From: Candidatus Woesearchaeota archaeon
Lineage (GTDB): Archaea; Nanobdellota; Nanobdellia; Woesearchaeales; GW2011-AR15
Length of the DNA: 64,000 bases
Reading direction: 5' to 3'
Assembly: GCA_038874655.1 (NCBI GenBank)
Contig: JAVZBY010000002.1
Location: forward strand, 210,044 to 274,043
Positions 9,162 through 19,712 of this stretch are shown piece after piece (positions within the stretch are counted from its first letter, which is position 1; every line of letters starts with the position of its first letter). Position numbers and translations under genes: made by a program. Below the pieces are notes generated by a model that ran no database searches, was not told the origin of the DNA, and saw nothing but the letters and a program-made list of their open reading frames with translations.

Positions 9162-10742
9162 CTAATTAAAAGTATATTCGTAAATTTCAATATCCTCTAT
9201 CTCTTTCAATAACTTAAACTTAGTATTAGATTTTAACCAATTTTTATCAATAGATTTTAAAGAATCTTTATAATTAATAAAAAACCCGTTCTTATTCATA
9301 TACCTTATATAATATTTATAAAAATAATCATTGTCATGAACAATAATTGGCATCACTGTAAAATTTGTGTAATAACCATATACAGGAAAATACTCTCTCA
9401 CATAAACTTTATAATCTTTTTTTTCAGGATATTCTTTCACATGATCCATTAAAAATTCAGAAACTTTTACTTCTTTACTTTTAAAAGAGTCAATAAAATT
9501 ATTAGATTTATCGAAACTTTCTTTTGAAAAAAACATAAAAAGAACAATCAAACCTATTATAAACAAATCTGAAGCTATTTTAATTTTCATTATGTTAATC
9601 TTCTTTTCTAGGAACTTATTTAAAATATAAAAACCTTTACTAGAAAGAAAGAAAAATGGTAAAAAAATAGGCAACAAATATCTTAATTCTTTATGGGGGA
9701 TAATTGAAATATAAAAGATATATGAAATAATCCAAAAGAGAAAAACAAAATCTTCATTTAACCCTTTTGAAAACTCTAAATTATTCAAATTAAATGCTAT
9801 TTCTCTTTTAAATCTTTTTTTTAATAAAAAAATATCTAAATAGTAATAAACTAAAATTGAAATATATATCAAAAAACCTATATTAATTATTACATTATAA
9901 ATATTAAAAAAATTAATAACATAGAATAAATTATTCTCATTAAAATCAGAAACATAATTATATGCATTAAAAAAGGGATAAAGAAAAAAACCAAACCTTA
10001 CTTGAATCCAAACAAAATAAGGTATTAAAATTAAAAAAAATCCTACAAAAAAGTAAAAAAATTTCTTTAGAAAATCAATAAAAAAACCTAAAATATAACT
10101 TAAAAATTTTAAATTTACTTCAAATTTAATCTTTCTAAATTTTTTCTCATAAAAACCAATAAGAAAATATAAAATCAAAATAAAAAATAAAAATAAACTA
10201 GTGAATCTTGTCAATAGACTAATCCCATAAAATAAACCTGATAAAAACAAATATTTGTTTAATTTTTCTTTTCTTTTAACTCCAATGACAAGTAAATAAA
10301 AAGATATCATAAAAAAAGTCATACTTGGAATTTCTGTTAAAATTAATTTTGATATACTTACTATAAAAGTTGAAAAACCATAAAATATGGAACTTAAAAA
10401 ACCAATCTCTTCATTATACAATTCTTTTCCTATTAAAAAAACCATTAAAAAACCAATGCTTCCTAATAAAGCAACTATAAACCTTGCAGTTAAGACATTA
10501 TGATAGATGAAATAACCAAAATAAAAAATTAAAGATAGAAAAATTGGTCTATAATTAAACTCATTATAATTATTTTTTCCAGAAAAGAAAAATTCAGAAT
10601 GCTGCAAATAAACAGATTCATCCCAACCATAAGAAACTCTTATAGGAAAAAATCTCAAAACAAAAACAATAATAAATAACAAAAAAAACAATAAATAAAA
10701 AAAAATTTTTTTATTTTTAACTAAATTTTTAATTAATTTCAT
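9162..10742 (-). CDS. GT-C fold membrane glycosyltransferase (PMT/ArnT-like)
   Basis: WDESVY, YRPIF and KELRYLLP motifs; many TM helices. Confidence 0.85.
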   Translation of the reverse strand: MKLIKNLVKNKKIFFYLLFFLLFIIVFVLRFFPIRVSYGWDESVYLQHSEFFFSGKNNYNEFNYRPIFLSLIFYFGYFIYHNVLTARFIVALLGSIGFLMVFLIGKELYNEEIGFLSSIFYGFSTFIVSISKLILTEIPSMTFFMISFYLLVIGVKRKEKLNKYLFLSGLFYGISLLTRFTSLFLFFILILYFLIGFYEKKFRKIKFEVNLKFLSYILGFFIDFLKKFFYFFVGFFLILIPYFVWIQVRFGFFLYPFFNAYNYVSDFNENNLFYVINFFNIYNVIINIGFLIYISILVYYYLDIFLLKKRFKREIAFNLNNLEFSKGLNEDFVFLFWIISYIFYISIIPHKELRYLLPIFLPFFFLSSKGFYILNKFLEKKINIMKIKIASDLFIIGLIVLFMFFSKESFDKSNNFIDSFKSKEVKVSEFLMDHVKEYPEKKDYKVYVREYFPVYGYYTNFTVMPIIVHDNDYFYKYYIRYMNKNGFFINYKDSLKSIDKNWLKSNTKFKLLKEIEDIEIYEYTFN

Positions 10743-10776
10743 TCTTTAATAATTAAATCTAATTCATTTTATAATA

Positions 10777-11841
10777 TTATTTTTTTAATATTATTGTGTT
10801 TGTTGGGTATGCAAAATTTATTTTTTCCTTTTTGAATGCTTCTTTTAACATTAAATTAATTCTTTCTTGTGTATCCATATAAACTTTATAATCCCTAGAA
10901 TTAATAAAATAAACTATTTCAAAAATCAATGAAAAATCACCAAAAGTTTTAAAATGTGCTCTATCTAATTCAGCATTATCTATTTTTTTAAATATATCAT
11001 TTATGATCTTTTTTATTTTTTTAATTTTCTCAACACTTGTATCATATTCAACACCAAAAGTAAAAACAATTCTTCTTTTCTGCATTTTTTTATAATTATG
11101 GATTCTTGCTGTAGTCATTTCTTTATTAGATATGACTAACTCTTCACCTTGTAATGTTCTTATTCTTGTGCTTTTTATTCCAATGTGTTCAACAGTTCCA
11201 GCTTCATTATCAATAGTAATAAAATCTCCTTCTTCAAAGGGTTTATCAAAATAAATACTGAATGAACTAAAAATGTCTTCTAAAATTCTTTGTAAAGCAA
11301 AAGCAACAGCAATACCACCAACACCTAAACCAGCAATAAGAGAAGTAATATTAATACCTAAATTTGCTAATGCTGTTAATATGGCAATAACCCATATAAA
11401 AATTTGCAATATTTTGCACATTACTTTTAATAAAGAGCTATCTTTATTATCTTTCTCTTTTCTTTTTTTTATCTCTAAATCAAAAAAATGTCCTATTGTT
11501 TTATTAACAGCTAAGGTTATAAAAAACACAAACATAATAAACATCATTTTATGTAAAACTAAATCTACATCACCTGGCAGAATTAAATACATAGCAGCAG
11601 CATAAAAAGAAATAAATGCATAAAAAAACCAAGGAATATCTTCAATAAACTCAAGTATCATATCATCAAAAGTAAATGTTGTTTTCTTTGCTATTTTTTT
11701 TAATGAATTAATAAAAATATTTTTAAATAGATACAATAAACCAAAACAAAGCATAAAAATTGAAGCAGCAATAATATAACTTTGTCCAGTATTGTTGAAA
11801 TAAACACCTTTTAAAAATTCATCTGTAATCATTTTAAACAC
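10777..11841 (-). CDS. mscS: MscS small-conductance mechanosensitive channel
   Basis: SLIAGLGVGGIAVAFALQ, DKPFEEGDFI and GTVEHIGIKSTRIRTLQGE motifs. Confidence 0.93.
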   Translation of the reverse strand: MFKMITDEFLKGVYFNNTGQSYIIAASIFMLCFGLLYLFKNIFINSLKKIAKKTTFTFDDMILEFIEDIPWFFYAFISFYAAAMYLILPGDVDLVLHKMMFIMFVFFITLAVNKTIGHFFDLEIKKRKEKDNKDSSLLKVMCKILQIFIWVIAILTALANLGINITSLIAGLGVGGIAVAFALQRILEDIFSSFSIYFDKPFEEGDFITIDNEAGTVEHIGIKSTRIRTLQGEELVISNKEMTTARIHNYKKMQKRRIVFTFGVEYDTSVEKIKKIKKIINDIFKKIDNAELDRAHFKTFGDFSLIFEIVYFINSRDYKVYMDTQERINLMLKEAFKKEKINFAYPTNTIILKK

Positions 11842-11944
11842 CTTTTTTTATTTATTATTTCTATAACTTTTTGATTTTTTTATTTGTAAATAATGCTAAT
11901 TACAAATAATTACCTTTAAATAAATTTCTATTATTTATAACAAT

Positions 11945-12184
11945 ATGCATGGTAGTGATAGAATAATAAAAGAGAAAAAAGCAGATAGTATTCTAAGAAC
12001 AAAAAAAGCTCAAACTAAAAAAAATTCAAAAAAATCTTTTTTTATTAGGTTAATTTACATCGTATTAGTAATTTTATTAATTTTAAATATGATTCTATTT
12101 GCATTAAGAAAAACAAATGATCTAATATTTTGGTTTGTTATACTATTCTCATTTATTTTAATGCAGATTCTTAAAAAACACTAA
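11945..12184 (+). CDS. Small two-TM hypothetical membrane protein
   Basis: Two hydrophobic segments; TATA-like sequence upstream. Confidence 0.5.
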   Translation: MHGSDRIIKEKKADSILRTKKAQTKKNSKKSFFIRLIYIVLVILLILNMILFALRKTNDLIFWFVILFSFILMQILKKH

Positions 12185-12260
12185 ACAAATAATCAAAAGA
12201 ATAAAGAATTAAAATTATTATTAGATAAAATTTATATATACACATTATTTTAGATTAGTC

Positions 12261-12635
12261 ATGGGTGGCGGCGGTTTTTATCCAGGAGCACAACAAGGTC
12301 ATCAAGGTTTAAAACATGCTGACGATCATGGTCATGTGCCAGAGGAAGAATTATTAAAAGATGTACCTCCAAGAGCATATAAACTAAAACCACATGAAAA
12401 AAAAAATTTAGAGTACATTGAAAAAAAATTAAAAAGTGGTGAAATTACAAAAAAGGAATTGCATGATATATTACACTTCTTAGAACATTTCTCACATGAA
12501 CTAAAAGAAATTTTGGAAGTAGAGAGAGAAGAACACATTGTTAATATGGAACTGGAAAAAGAATTAAGAAAAGTTGCCCAACTAATGGGTGAAGTTTCTT
12601 TTATGTTAGAGGGATCTTCTTCAACACAACATTAA
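12261..12635 (+). CDS. His/Glu-rich hypothetical protein
   Basis: Clean ORF; TTTATATA about 30 nt upstream; helical and His-rich. Confidence 0.7.
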   Translation: MGGGGFYPGAQQGHQGLKHADDHGHVPEEELLKDVPPRAYKLKPHEKKNLEYIEKKLKSGEITKKELHDILHFLEHFSHELKEILEVEREEHIVNMELEKELRKVAQLMGEVSFMLEGSSSTQH

Positions 12636-12759
12636 TTAAACTAATGTTAAACTAATTAAAAATCTCTCATTTAAAAAACCTGAAAAAAATAATCAATATA
12701 CTAAAAAATTTATAAATAATAATATAAAATATTGCAAAAAAATAATTCTTATTAAATAA

Positions 12760-13878
12760 TCAAGATAACTGATCAAATATTTTTTTTAACTCATTTGCTG
12801 TTTTCTCCCATGTATAATTTTCTATAATAGTTTTTCTTGCATTTCTTCCTATTTCAATTATTTTATCTGGGTTTTCTCTTAAATAACATAGCTTTTCAAA
12901 TAATGCAATAGAATTCTTTTTTGGAAATAAAAATCCATTAACACCTTCGTCTATATACTCTTTTATAAAACCAACTGGTGTTGCAATAACAGCTAAGCCA
13001 GTTGCCATTGCTTCCATAGTTGTTAAAGAAGTTGTTTCAACTAAGCTAGGATGCACATAAATATCCATAGCCTGAAAATAAGGAGCTAAATTATTTTTTA
13101 ATCCTGTTAAAACAACATCTTTTTTACTTAAAAATAAATTTTCTAATTCTGGTCTTCCACCGCCAGCTATTAATAACAAAGAGTCTCCATATTTTTTATT
13201 AAATCTAACAAAAGCTCTATATAATGTTTTTATATCCTTTTCTAAACTTACCCTACCAGCATATCCTATAACAAATTTATTTGTATCAATACCTATTTCT
13301 TGTTTAGCTATAGTTTTAGCAACAGGTGGCTTAAATTTTTTCACATCAACACCTAAATGAACAACTCTTTTTTCAGATTTTACTCCTAAAATATTTAATA
13401 ATTCAGCCTGTTCTAATGATGGCACAATAATAACATCACATTTTTTATATAACTTTAAAGAAAAGAATTTCGTTATAATATTGATAGGCACTTTAAGAAA
13501 ATTTATTCCTTGGCTCTGTGGAAAAACCTCCCACTCAATCATATGATTATACATAACGACCTTTTTTTTAAAATGTTTGCCTAAAATTATACCCCAAATT
13601 CCTATAGGACCTAAACATTGCACAAAAACAATATCATTTTTTTTTATTTCATTAGCCATTATTTTTAAATTAACCTTACTAGCAAAATAATTATCACCTA
13701 ATCTAATTTTAATAGTATTAAATTTTATAATCTTTGCTTTATAACTATAATTGTAATCTCCTAAATTTGGAGCAATTATAGTCAATTCATAATCATCTTG
13801 TATTATAACATTAAGAAAACTAGCAATACCATCCCATCTTGGTAAAAAACCATCAGTAGCAATTAAAATTTTTTTCAT
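12760..13878 (-). CDS. Glycosyltransferase family 4
   Basis: KILIATDGFLP, YAGRVSLEKD and ETTSLTTMEAMATG (EX7E) motifs. Confidence 0.9.
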   Translation of the reverse strand: MKKILIATDGFLPRWDGIASFLNVIIQDDYELTIIAPNLGDYNYSYKAKIIKFNTIKIRLGDNYFASKVNLKIMANEIKKNDIVFVQCLGPIGIWGIILGKHFKKKVVMYNHMIEWEVFPQSQGINFLKVPINIITKFFSLKLYKKCDVIIVPSLEQAELLNILGVKSEKRVVHLGVDVKKFKPPVAKTIAKQEIGIDTNKFVIGYAGRVSLEKDIKTLYRAFVRFNKKYGDSLLLIAGGGRPELENLFLSKKDVVLTGLKNNLAPYFQAMDIYVHPSLVETTSLTTMEAMATGLAVIATPVGFIKEYIDEGVNGFLFPKKNSIALFEKLCYLRENPDKIIEIGRNARKTIIENYTWEKTANELKKIFDQLS

Positions 13879-13929
13879 CTTATTAAAAACTTTATTTTTT
13901 CATGTTATTTTTCAATTTTTTAAATTTAT

Positions 13930-14640
13930 TCATCTAACTTTATAAAAAACTTCTGCATACTTCATACCATTATTTATACCATTTAAAATAGCTTGTAAAT
14001 AAATATTCCACATTAAGGATAAAATAGCAGCTTTCTGACTTTTATGTTCATTAAATGCCTTTATCTTTATATCAAAAGTATCACTAATATCAACAACTAA
14101 CTTTGGTTTATCTCTATTTCTAAAGTTAATAAATAGATTCCATACATTGAAAGAATAAACATCACACTTATATTTCATTATATCTAATAAATTTATTATA
14201 AACTCATAAGTTGCTCTATGATCTGGATGAGGATCATCAATAGAATGTGTAAATATTTTACTAGGTTTTACTTTTTTAATAATCTTTTTAATTTTTTCAT
14301 AAATTTTTTTTTCTTGAAATTCTTTTTTAAAATTGCCTTCTTTTAATCCTAGATAATATATTTCACTTTCACCTAAAATTTTTGCAGCTTTTTTTGATTC
14401 TAAAACCCTGGTTTTTTTACTTATTTTTTCTTGTAAATGAGGTAATGATGTTTCTCCAAAAGAAAATATAATTGTAATAACTTTCTTTCCCTCTTTAGCA
14501 TATTTTGCTAAAGTGCCTCCAGCACCTACAATTTGATCATCATTATGAGCACACAAAAATAAAATAGATTCTTTCCTATTATCGGTTTTTAGATCTTCTA
14601 CAGAAGTATTATCTCTTTCTCCTTTTTTAATTAACCCCAT
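13930..14640 (-). CDS. PIG-L family deacetylase
   Basis: AHNDD...GAGGT and DPHPDH motifs. Confidence 0.9.
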   Translation of the reverse strand: MGLIKKGERDNTSVEDLKTDNRKESILFLCAHNDDQIVGAGGTLAKYAKEGKKVITIIFSFGETSLPHLQEKISKKTRVLESKKAAKILGESEIYYLGLKEGNFKKEFQEKKIYEKIKKIIKKVKPSKIFTHSIDDPHPDHRATYEFIINLLDIMKYKCDVYSFNVWNLFINFRNRDKPKLVVDISDTFDIKIKAFNEHKSQKAAILSLMWNIYLQAILNGINNGMKYAEVFYKVR

Positions 14641-14803
14641 AATAAATCAAATATCTTTTTTATTATATAAATCTTGTTTTTATAAGGTTTTGTTATACAA
14701 AAATTAGGAAAAAATACATAGGAAAAAATATATAAAAAAGTCCTAGTTCTTTAATAAATAACTTAAAAATTATAATTAAATTGTGTAAAACAACTATCTA
14801 TTT

Positions 14804-14945
14804 GCGGATGTGCCGGAGTGGTCAAACGGGATAGGCTTAGGTGTGATGAGCCATATACTAAATTTTTAAATCAAAAAATAAGGGCAATGACATTAAGACA
14901 CCTATTGGCTTAGTGCCTGCGCAGGTTCGAACCCTGCCGTCCGCA
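14804..14945 (+). tRNA. tRNA-Leu(TAG) with a 58-nt intron (14842-14899)
   Basis: Acceptor GCGGATG/CGTCCGC, anticodon stem ATAGG/CCTAT, canonical BHB (CTTA/TAAG helix, 3-nt bulges), variable arm, GGTTCGAACC T-arm. Confidence 0.92.
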
Positions 14946-15053
14946 TATTTTTTATCTATTTAGTAATCATTTAGCAATCTTTATAAAGAACCATCATTTC
15001 TTTAATTTTACGAGAGAAAGAGAATAGATTTTTCTCTAGTGGCGGACAAATCC

Positions 15054-15455
15054 ATGAAAGGAAAACCACTATTACCAACATTAAGGCAAAAAAAAAGATA
15101 TGTTGTTTATGATTACATATCTGAAAAAGAATTAGATGATAATAAAGTTTTTTATGCTATATTATCCTCTTTCAAAGAATTGTTTGGTAAGCTTGAGCTT
15201 GTAAAAGCTAACATAAAAAAAATTCAATTATTAGAAAAATCACAAAAAAAAAAGAAAAATAATATAACTAATGAAACAAAAATAATAAACCTTAAAATAT
15301 TAAGAATCAACAATAAATATCTGAATCATTTAAGATTAGCAATGGCAAATGTTTATGAAATAGATGGTATAAAAATTATAATATATACTACAAAAACATC
15401 AGGGTTAATTAATAAAATTAGAAAATTTTTAAAAAATAAAAAAAAGGAAGATTAA
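15054..15455 (+). CDS. rnp2: RNase P protein component Pop5/Rpp14
   Basis: LLPTLRQKKRYVV N-terminus and TSGLINKIR C-terminus; canonical position upstream of psmA. Confidence 0.85.
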   Translation: MKGKPLLPTLRQKKRYVVYDYISEKELDDNKVFYAILSSFKELFGKLELVKANIKKIQLLEKSQKKKKNNITNETKIINLKILRINNKYLNHLRLAMANVYEIDGIKIIIYTTKTSGLINKIRKFLKNKKKED

Positions 15456-15556
15456 AAATAAAAAGATTGGGTTAAATAAATATTTTATAAAAATTGTAAT
15501 CTTAAAAGAAAGTGAAATTAAAAAACCTATAAAATAAAAAAACGGAGGAAGAAAAA

Positions 15557-16282
15557 ATGCAACCATTACAGCATCAAATGATGGGTTATGATAGAGCCAT
15601 TACAATGTTTTCACCTGATGGAAGATTACTTCAGGTAGAATATGCTAAAAAAACAGTTAGACAAGGTAGTACAGCAATTGGAATTTCATGTAAAGATGGT
15701 GTTGTTTTAGTAACAGATAAAAGATTAGTAGATAAATTAGTAGTTTCAGAATCTGTTGAAAAAATCTGGCAAATTGACGAACATGTTGCTGCAACAGCAT
15801 CTGGCATAATAAGCGATGCTCGTGTTTTAATAGAAAGAGCACAAATTTTAGCACAACAACACAGGGTTACTTATGACACACCAATTGATTTATTATCAAT
15901 TGTTAAAGACATTTGTAATTTAAAACAAATTACCACACAATCAGGCGGCTATAGACCTTTTGGTGTTTCAATTTTAGTTGCAGGAGTTGATAATGGTATT
16001 CCAAAATTATTTGAGACAGATCCTACAGGAATTTATTTTCAATATAAAGCAACAGTAATAGGAGAAGCAGAACCAGAGATAGAAGAAATATTATACAAAG
16101 AATACAATGATAATATAACTATAGAAGAGGGTTTAAAATTAGCAATTAATGCTTTGAAAAAAACATTAGACAAAAATTTTGATCCTGAAAGAATAGATGC
16201 AGCAATTGTTAGTATCAAAGATTCAAAATTTAAAAAATTATCAAAAGAAGAAATTTTAGCTTACTCAAAAGGTAAAAAATAA
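15557..16282 (+). CDS. psmA: Proteasome alpha subunit
   Basis: GYDRAITMFSPDGRLLQVEYA signature. Confidence 0.98.
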   Translation: MQPLQHQMMGYDRAITMFSPDGRLLQVEYAKKTVRQGSTAIGISCKDGVVLVTDKRLVDKLVVSESVEKIWQIDEHVAATASGIISDARVLIERAQILAQQHRVTYDTPIDLLSIVKDICNLKQITTQSGGYRPFGVSILVAGVDNGIPKLFETDPTGIYFQYKATVIGEAEPEIEEILYKEYNDNITIEEGLKLAINALKKTLDKNFDPERIDAAIVSIKDSKFKKLSKEEILAYSKGKK

Positions 16283-16307
16283 TTAAAAATAAAAAAAGGT
16301 AGTAAAA

Positions 16308-17030
16308 ATGAAAAACCCAAAAACATTTGACCAAGAAAAGATTTCTCTAAACTTGGCAAAATTAAAAAAGGGTTCTGAGCATTTTGAGGTTATAATAAAC
16401 CCTGACAAAATAATAGAATACAAAAAAAATCCAAATATGGATGTTAGAGAAGTTATTTTATTTGAAAAAATTTTTAGTGATGCTAAAAAAGCATTAGAGG
16501 CTTCTCATGAAAAAATGAAGTCTATTTTTGGAACAGATGATGCATTGAAAGTAGCAAAGATAATATTAAATGAAGGAGAAATACAATTTACACAAGAATA
16601 TAGAGATCAAAAAAGAAAAGAAAAAAGAAATAGAATAATTGATATCATTGTTAGAAATGCAATTGATCCAAGAACAGGATTACCTCATCCAAGAATTAGA
16701 ATAGAAAGTGCAATGGAAGAAGCAAAAGTTAGAATTGATGATTTAAAAGAAGCAGAAGATCAAGTAAATGCTATTGTTTCTGCATTAAAGCCAATTCTTC
16801 CAATAAAATTATCAACAAAAGAAATTGAATTAAAAATTCCTTCGCAATTTGGAGCAAAAGCATATCCTGTTGTAGAAAGATTTGGAAAAATAGTATCAGA
16901 TAATTGGCTTAACGATGGTTCCTGGTTATGTGTTGTAGAAATTCCTGCTGGTTTGCAAACAGAATTATTTGATGCTTTAAACAAATTAACTAAAGGAGAT
17001 TTTGATTCAAGAGTAGTTAGGGAAAAATAG
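16308..17030 (+). CDS. sdo1: Ribosome maturation factor SBDS/Sdo1
   Basis: HFEV, IFSDAKK and IDPRTGLPHP..RIE motifs; superoperon context. Confidence 0.95.
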   Translation: MKNPKTFDQEKISLNLAKLKKGSEHFEVIINPDKIIEYKKNPNMDVREVILFEKIFSDAKKALEASHEKMKSIFGTDDALKVAKIILNEGEIQFTQEYRDQKRKEKRNRIIDIIVRNAIDPRTGLPHPRIRIESAMEEAKVRIDDLKEAEDQVNAIVSALKPILPIKLSTKEIELKIPSQFGAKAYPVVERFGKIVSDNWLNDGSWLCVVEIPAGLQTELFDALNKLTKGDFDSRVVREK

Positions 17031-17088
17031 GATTTTAAGAAAAAATAACAAAAAAAATTAAAAAAATAATCAAAGATAGGTGAAATTT

Positions 17089-17832
17089 ATGGAAAGTGAG
17101 TTAAAAGTTAAAGAAAAGGATATTGTATGTCCTGGCGAGATTTTAGCAGAAGGTATGTCCTATTTACCAGGACAAGGTATGTATAGACAAGGAAATTATA
17201 TAATTGCTTCAAGATTAGGGTTAATAAAAATAGAAGGTAAAGTTATAAAAATAATACCTTTATCAGGAAAATATTTGCCTAAAACAGGCGATGTGATTAT
17301 AGGTAGAATTAAGGATGTAAATATTAATGGTTGGGTTGTTGATACAAATTCAGCATATCCAGCAATGCTATCAATGAAAGATGGGACATCTGATTTTATA
17401 AGAAGAGGTTCTGATTTAACAAGATATTTTGATATCGGTGATTACATATTAACAAAAATAATCAATGTAACAAGTCAAAACTTAATAGATTTAACAATGA
17501 AAGGCCCTGGATTAAGAAAATTAGAAGATGGTAGAATTCTAAAAGTTGCTGCATCAAAAGTTCCAAGAATTATAGGTAAGCAAGGTTCAATGGTTAGTAT
17601 GTTAAAAAAAGCAACTAATTGTAATATTATTGTAGGCCAAAATGGGATAGTTTGGATAAAAGGAATAAATCCTAAAGACGAAATATTAACTGTTGAAACA
17701 ATACAAAAAATAGAAAGAGAAAGTCATTTATCAGGTTTAACTGATAGAATAAAAGAATTCTTAGAAAAAAATGGTAAAAAAGTAGATTTATCAGAACTAA
17801 AAGAAAATAATGGTGATAATGATGAGTTATAA
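17089..17832 (+). CDS. rrp4: Exosome RNA-binding subunit Rrp4
   Basis: S1 and KH domains (KVPRIIGKQGSM, IVGQNGIVW); AGGTGA RBS. Confidence 0.95.
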   Translation: MESELKVKEKDIVCPGEILAEGMSYLPGQGMYRQGNYIIASRLGLIKIEGKVIKIIPLSGKYLPKTGDVIIGRIKDVNINGWVVDTNSAYPAMLSMKDGTSDFIRRGSDLTRYFDIGDYILTKIINVTSQNLIDLTMKGPGLRKLEDGRILKVAASKVPRIIGKQGSMVSMLKKATNCNIIVGQNGIVWIKGINPKDEILTVETIQKIERESHLSGLTDRIKEFLEKNGKKVDLSELKENNGDNDEL

Positions 17833-18541
17833 AAAAAGATTAGATGGAAGAAAATTTGATGAATTAAGACCAATTGAAGCAAAAGTAGGAATAATAAAAA
17901 ATGCAGATGGATCAGCATATTTTAAAATTGGAAAAACAATTGCTTATGCAGCTGTTTATGGACCAAGAGATTTATTTCCAAAATTTTTACAAAATCCTGA
18001 AAAGGGATTATTAAGATGTAATTATAATATGATGCCTTTTTCTGGCTCTGGTGAAAGAGTAAAACCAGGCCCAAGTAGAAGAAGCAGAGAAATTTCTTAT
18101 GTTACAGAAAATGCATTACTTCCTGTTTTAAATTTAGAAGACTTTCCAAATGCAGTAGTTGATGTTTTTATTGAATTAAGTCAAACAGATGCAGGTTCAA
18201 GATGTGCTGGAATCTGTGCAGCATCAATGGCATTAGCAGATGCGGGTTTAATAATGAAAGATTTAGTAGCAGCAGTTTCAGTTGGAATTGTAGATGGTCA
18301 AGTTTTACTAGACTTAGATTATAATGAGGAATCTTATCCTGAGGGTGATGTGGCAGACATTCCAATTGCTATAATCCCAAGTACGGGACAATTTAGTTTA
18401 TTACAAATGGATGGAAAGATTTCTAAAGAAAACCTAATGAAAGCATTAGAATTAGGAAAAAAAGCAATTCCAAAAATAATAGAAATTCAAAGAATAGCTC
18501 TTAAAAAGAAATTTGAGTTAGTAGAATTAAATAAACTATAG
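17822..18541 (+). CDS. rrp41: Exosome subunit Rrp41
   Basis: RLDGRKFDELRPI, ADGSAY, AVYGPR and DAGSRCA motifs. Confidence 0.95.
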   Translation: MSYKKRLDGRKFDELRPIEAKVGIIKNADGSAYFKIGKTIAYAAVYGPRDLFPKFLQNPEKGLLRCNYNMMPFSGSGERVKPGPSRRSREISYVTENALLPVLNLEDFPNAVVDVFIELSQTDAGSRCAGICAASMALADAGLIMKDLVAAVSVGIVDGQVLLDLDYNEESYPEGDVADIPIAIIPSTGQFSLLQMDGKISKENLMKALELGKKAIPKIIEIQRIALKKKFELVELNKL

Positions 18542-18555
18542 AAGTAGGTGAAAAA

Positions 18556-19320
18556 ATGGCTAATGATCACATATTAAATTACCTTAAAAATAATATAAGA
18601 TTTGATGGTAGAAAAAATTTAGAATATAGAAAAATTGAAGTAGAAACAGGATTAATTGAAACAGCAGAAGGCTCTGCAAAAGTAAAAATTGGTGATACAG
18701 AAGTTATAGCAGGTGTCAAATTTGAAGTTGGTAAACCCTATCCAGATCTACCAGATGAAGGTACAATAATGGTAAATGCAGAATTGTTGCCAATGAGCAA
18801 TCCTGAATTTGAATCTGGGCCGCCAGGAATTCAAGCAATTGAATTAGCCAGAGTTGTAGATAGAGGAATTAGAGAAGCAAAAGCAATTGATACAAAAAAA
18901 CTATGTATCACACCAGGTGAATTAGTTTGGACAGTAGTTATAGACTTGATCCCTATAAATGACAATGGAAATTTATTTGATGCATCAGCATTAGCAGCAA
19001 TGTTAGCATTAAAAAATGCACGATTTCCAGAAATAGAAGGAGAAAAAATTGACTATAAAAAACATACAAATAAAAAATTGCCTATCTTAACAGAACCAGT
19101 TTCAATAACAGTTTTAAAAATAGGTGATTTTTTTATAGTTGACCCACTTCCACAAGAAGAAGCTGTTTTAGATGCAAGATTAACAGTAGCAACATTAGAA
19201 GATGGTACAATTTGTGCTTTACAAAAAGGAGGTAGCACACCATTAAGCCAAAATGATATTAGTAAAATGATTGATTTAGCATTTGAAAAATCAAAAGAAT
19301 TAAGAAAGTTTTTAAAATAA
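18556..19320 (+). CDS. rrp42: Exosome subunit Rrp42
   Basis: RFDGR, AEGSA, ELARVVDRGIRE and ALQKGG motifs. Confidence 0.95.
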   Translation: MANDHILNYLKNNIRFDGRKNLEYRKIEVETGLIETAEGSAKVKIGDTEVIAGVKFEVGKPYPDLPDEGTIMVNAELLPMSNPEFESGPPGIQAIELARVVDRGIREAKAIDTKKLCITPGELVWTVVIDLIPINDNGNLFDASALAAMLALKNARFPEIEGEKIDYKKHTNKKLPILTEPVSITVLKIGDFFIVDPLPQEEAVLDARLTVATLEDGTICALQKGGSTPLSQNDISKMIDLAFEKSKELRKFLK

Positions 19321-19369
19321 AAATTTTTTCATAACTTTTATAAATTTTTATAAAAATCATGGTGAAAAA

Positions 19370-19609
19370 ATGGAATATACAAAATATGAAAAAGCAAGAT
19401 TAATAGGTGCTAGAGCATTGCAGATCTCAATGGGAGCTCCTTTTGTTATAAAATTATCAAAAGAGCAATTAGAAGAATTAAGATATGATCCTGTAAAAAT
19501 AGCAATGAAAGAATTTGAAAATGGTGTTTTACCTATAGAAATAAAAAGAGTTTATCCAGATACTAGAAAAAAATTAGAGAAGGATTTAAATAAAGATGAT
19601 AAAGAGTAA
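19370..19609 (+). CDS. rpoK: RNA polymerase subunit Rpo6 (K)
   Basis: TKYEKARLIGARALQISMGAP signature. Confidence 0.97.
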   Translation: MEYTKYEKARLIGARALQISMGAPFVIKLSKEQLEELRYDPVKIAMKEFENGVLPIEIKRVYPDTRKKLEKDLNKDDKE

Positions 19610-19712
19610 AAATAAGTAATAAAAAAATAAATCTTAAAAAATAATCTTTTAATTTTGTTTTCTTTAAACTTTATTTTTATAATACACTATTTAAAAATTT
19701 TTTATTTGAAGA

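Noticed and set aside
15012-15053. Hairpins upstream of pop5 (agagaaa/tttctct, gga-caaa-tcc) as an ncRNA
   Set aside because: Too short and weak to call without comparative data.
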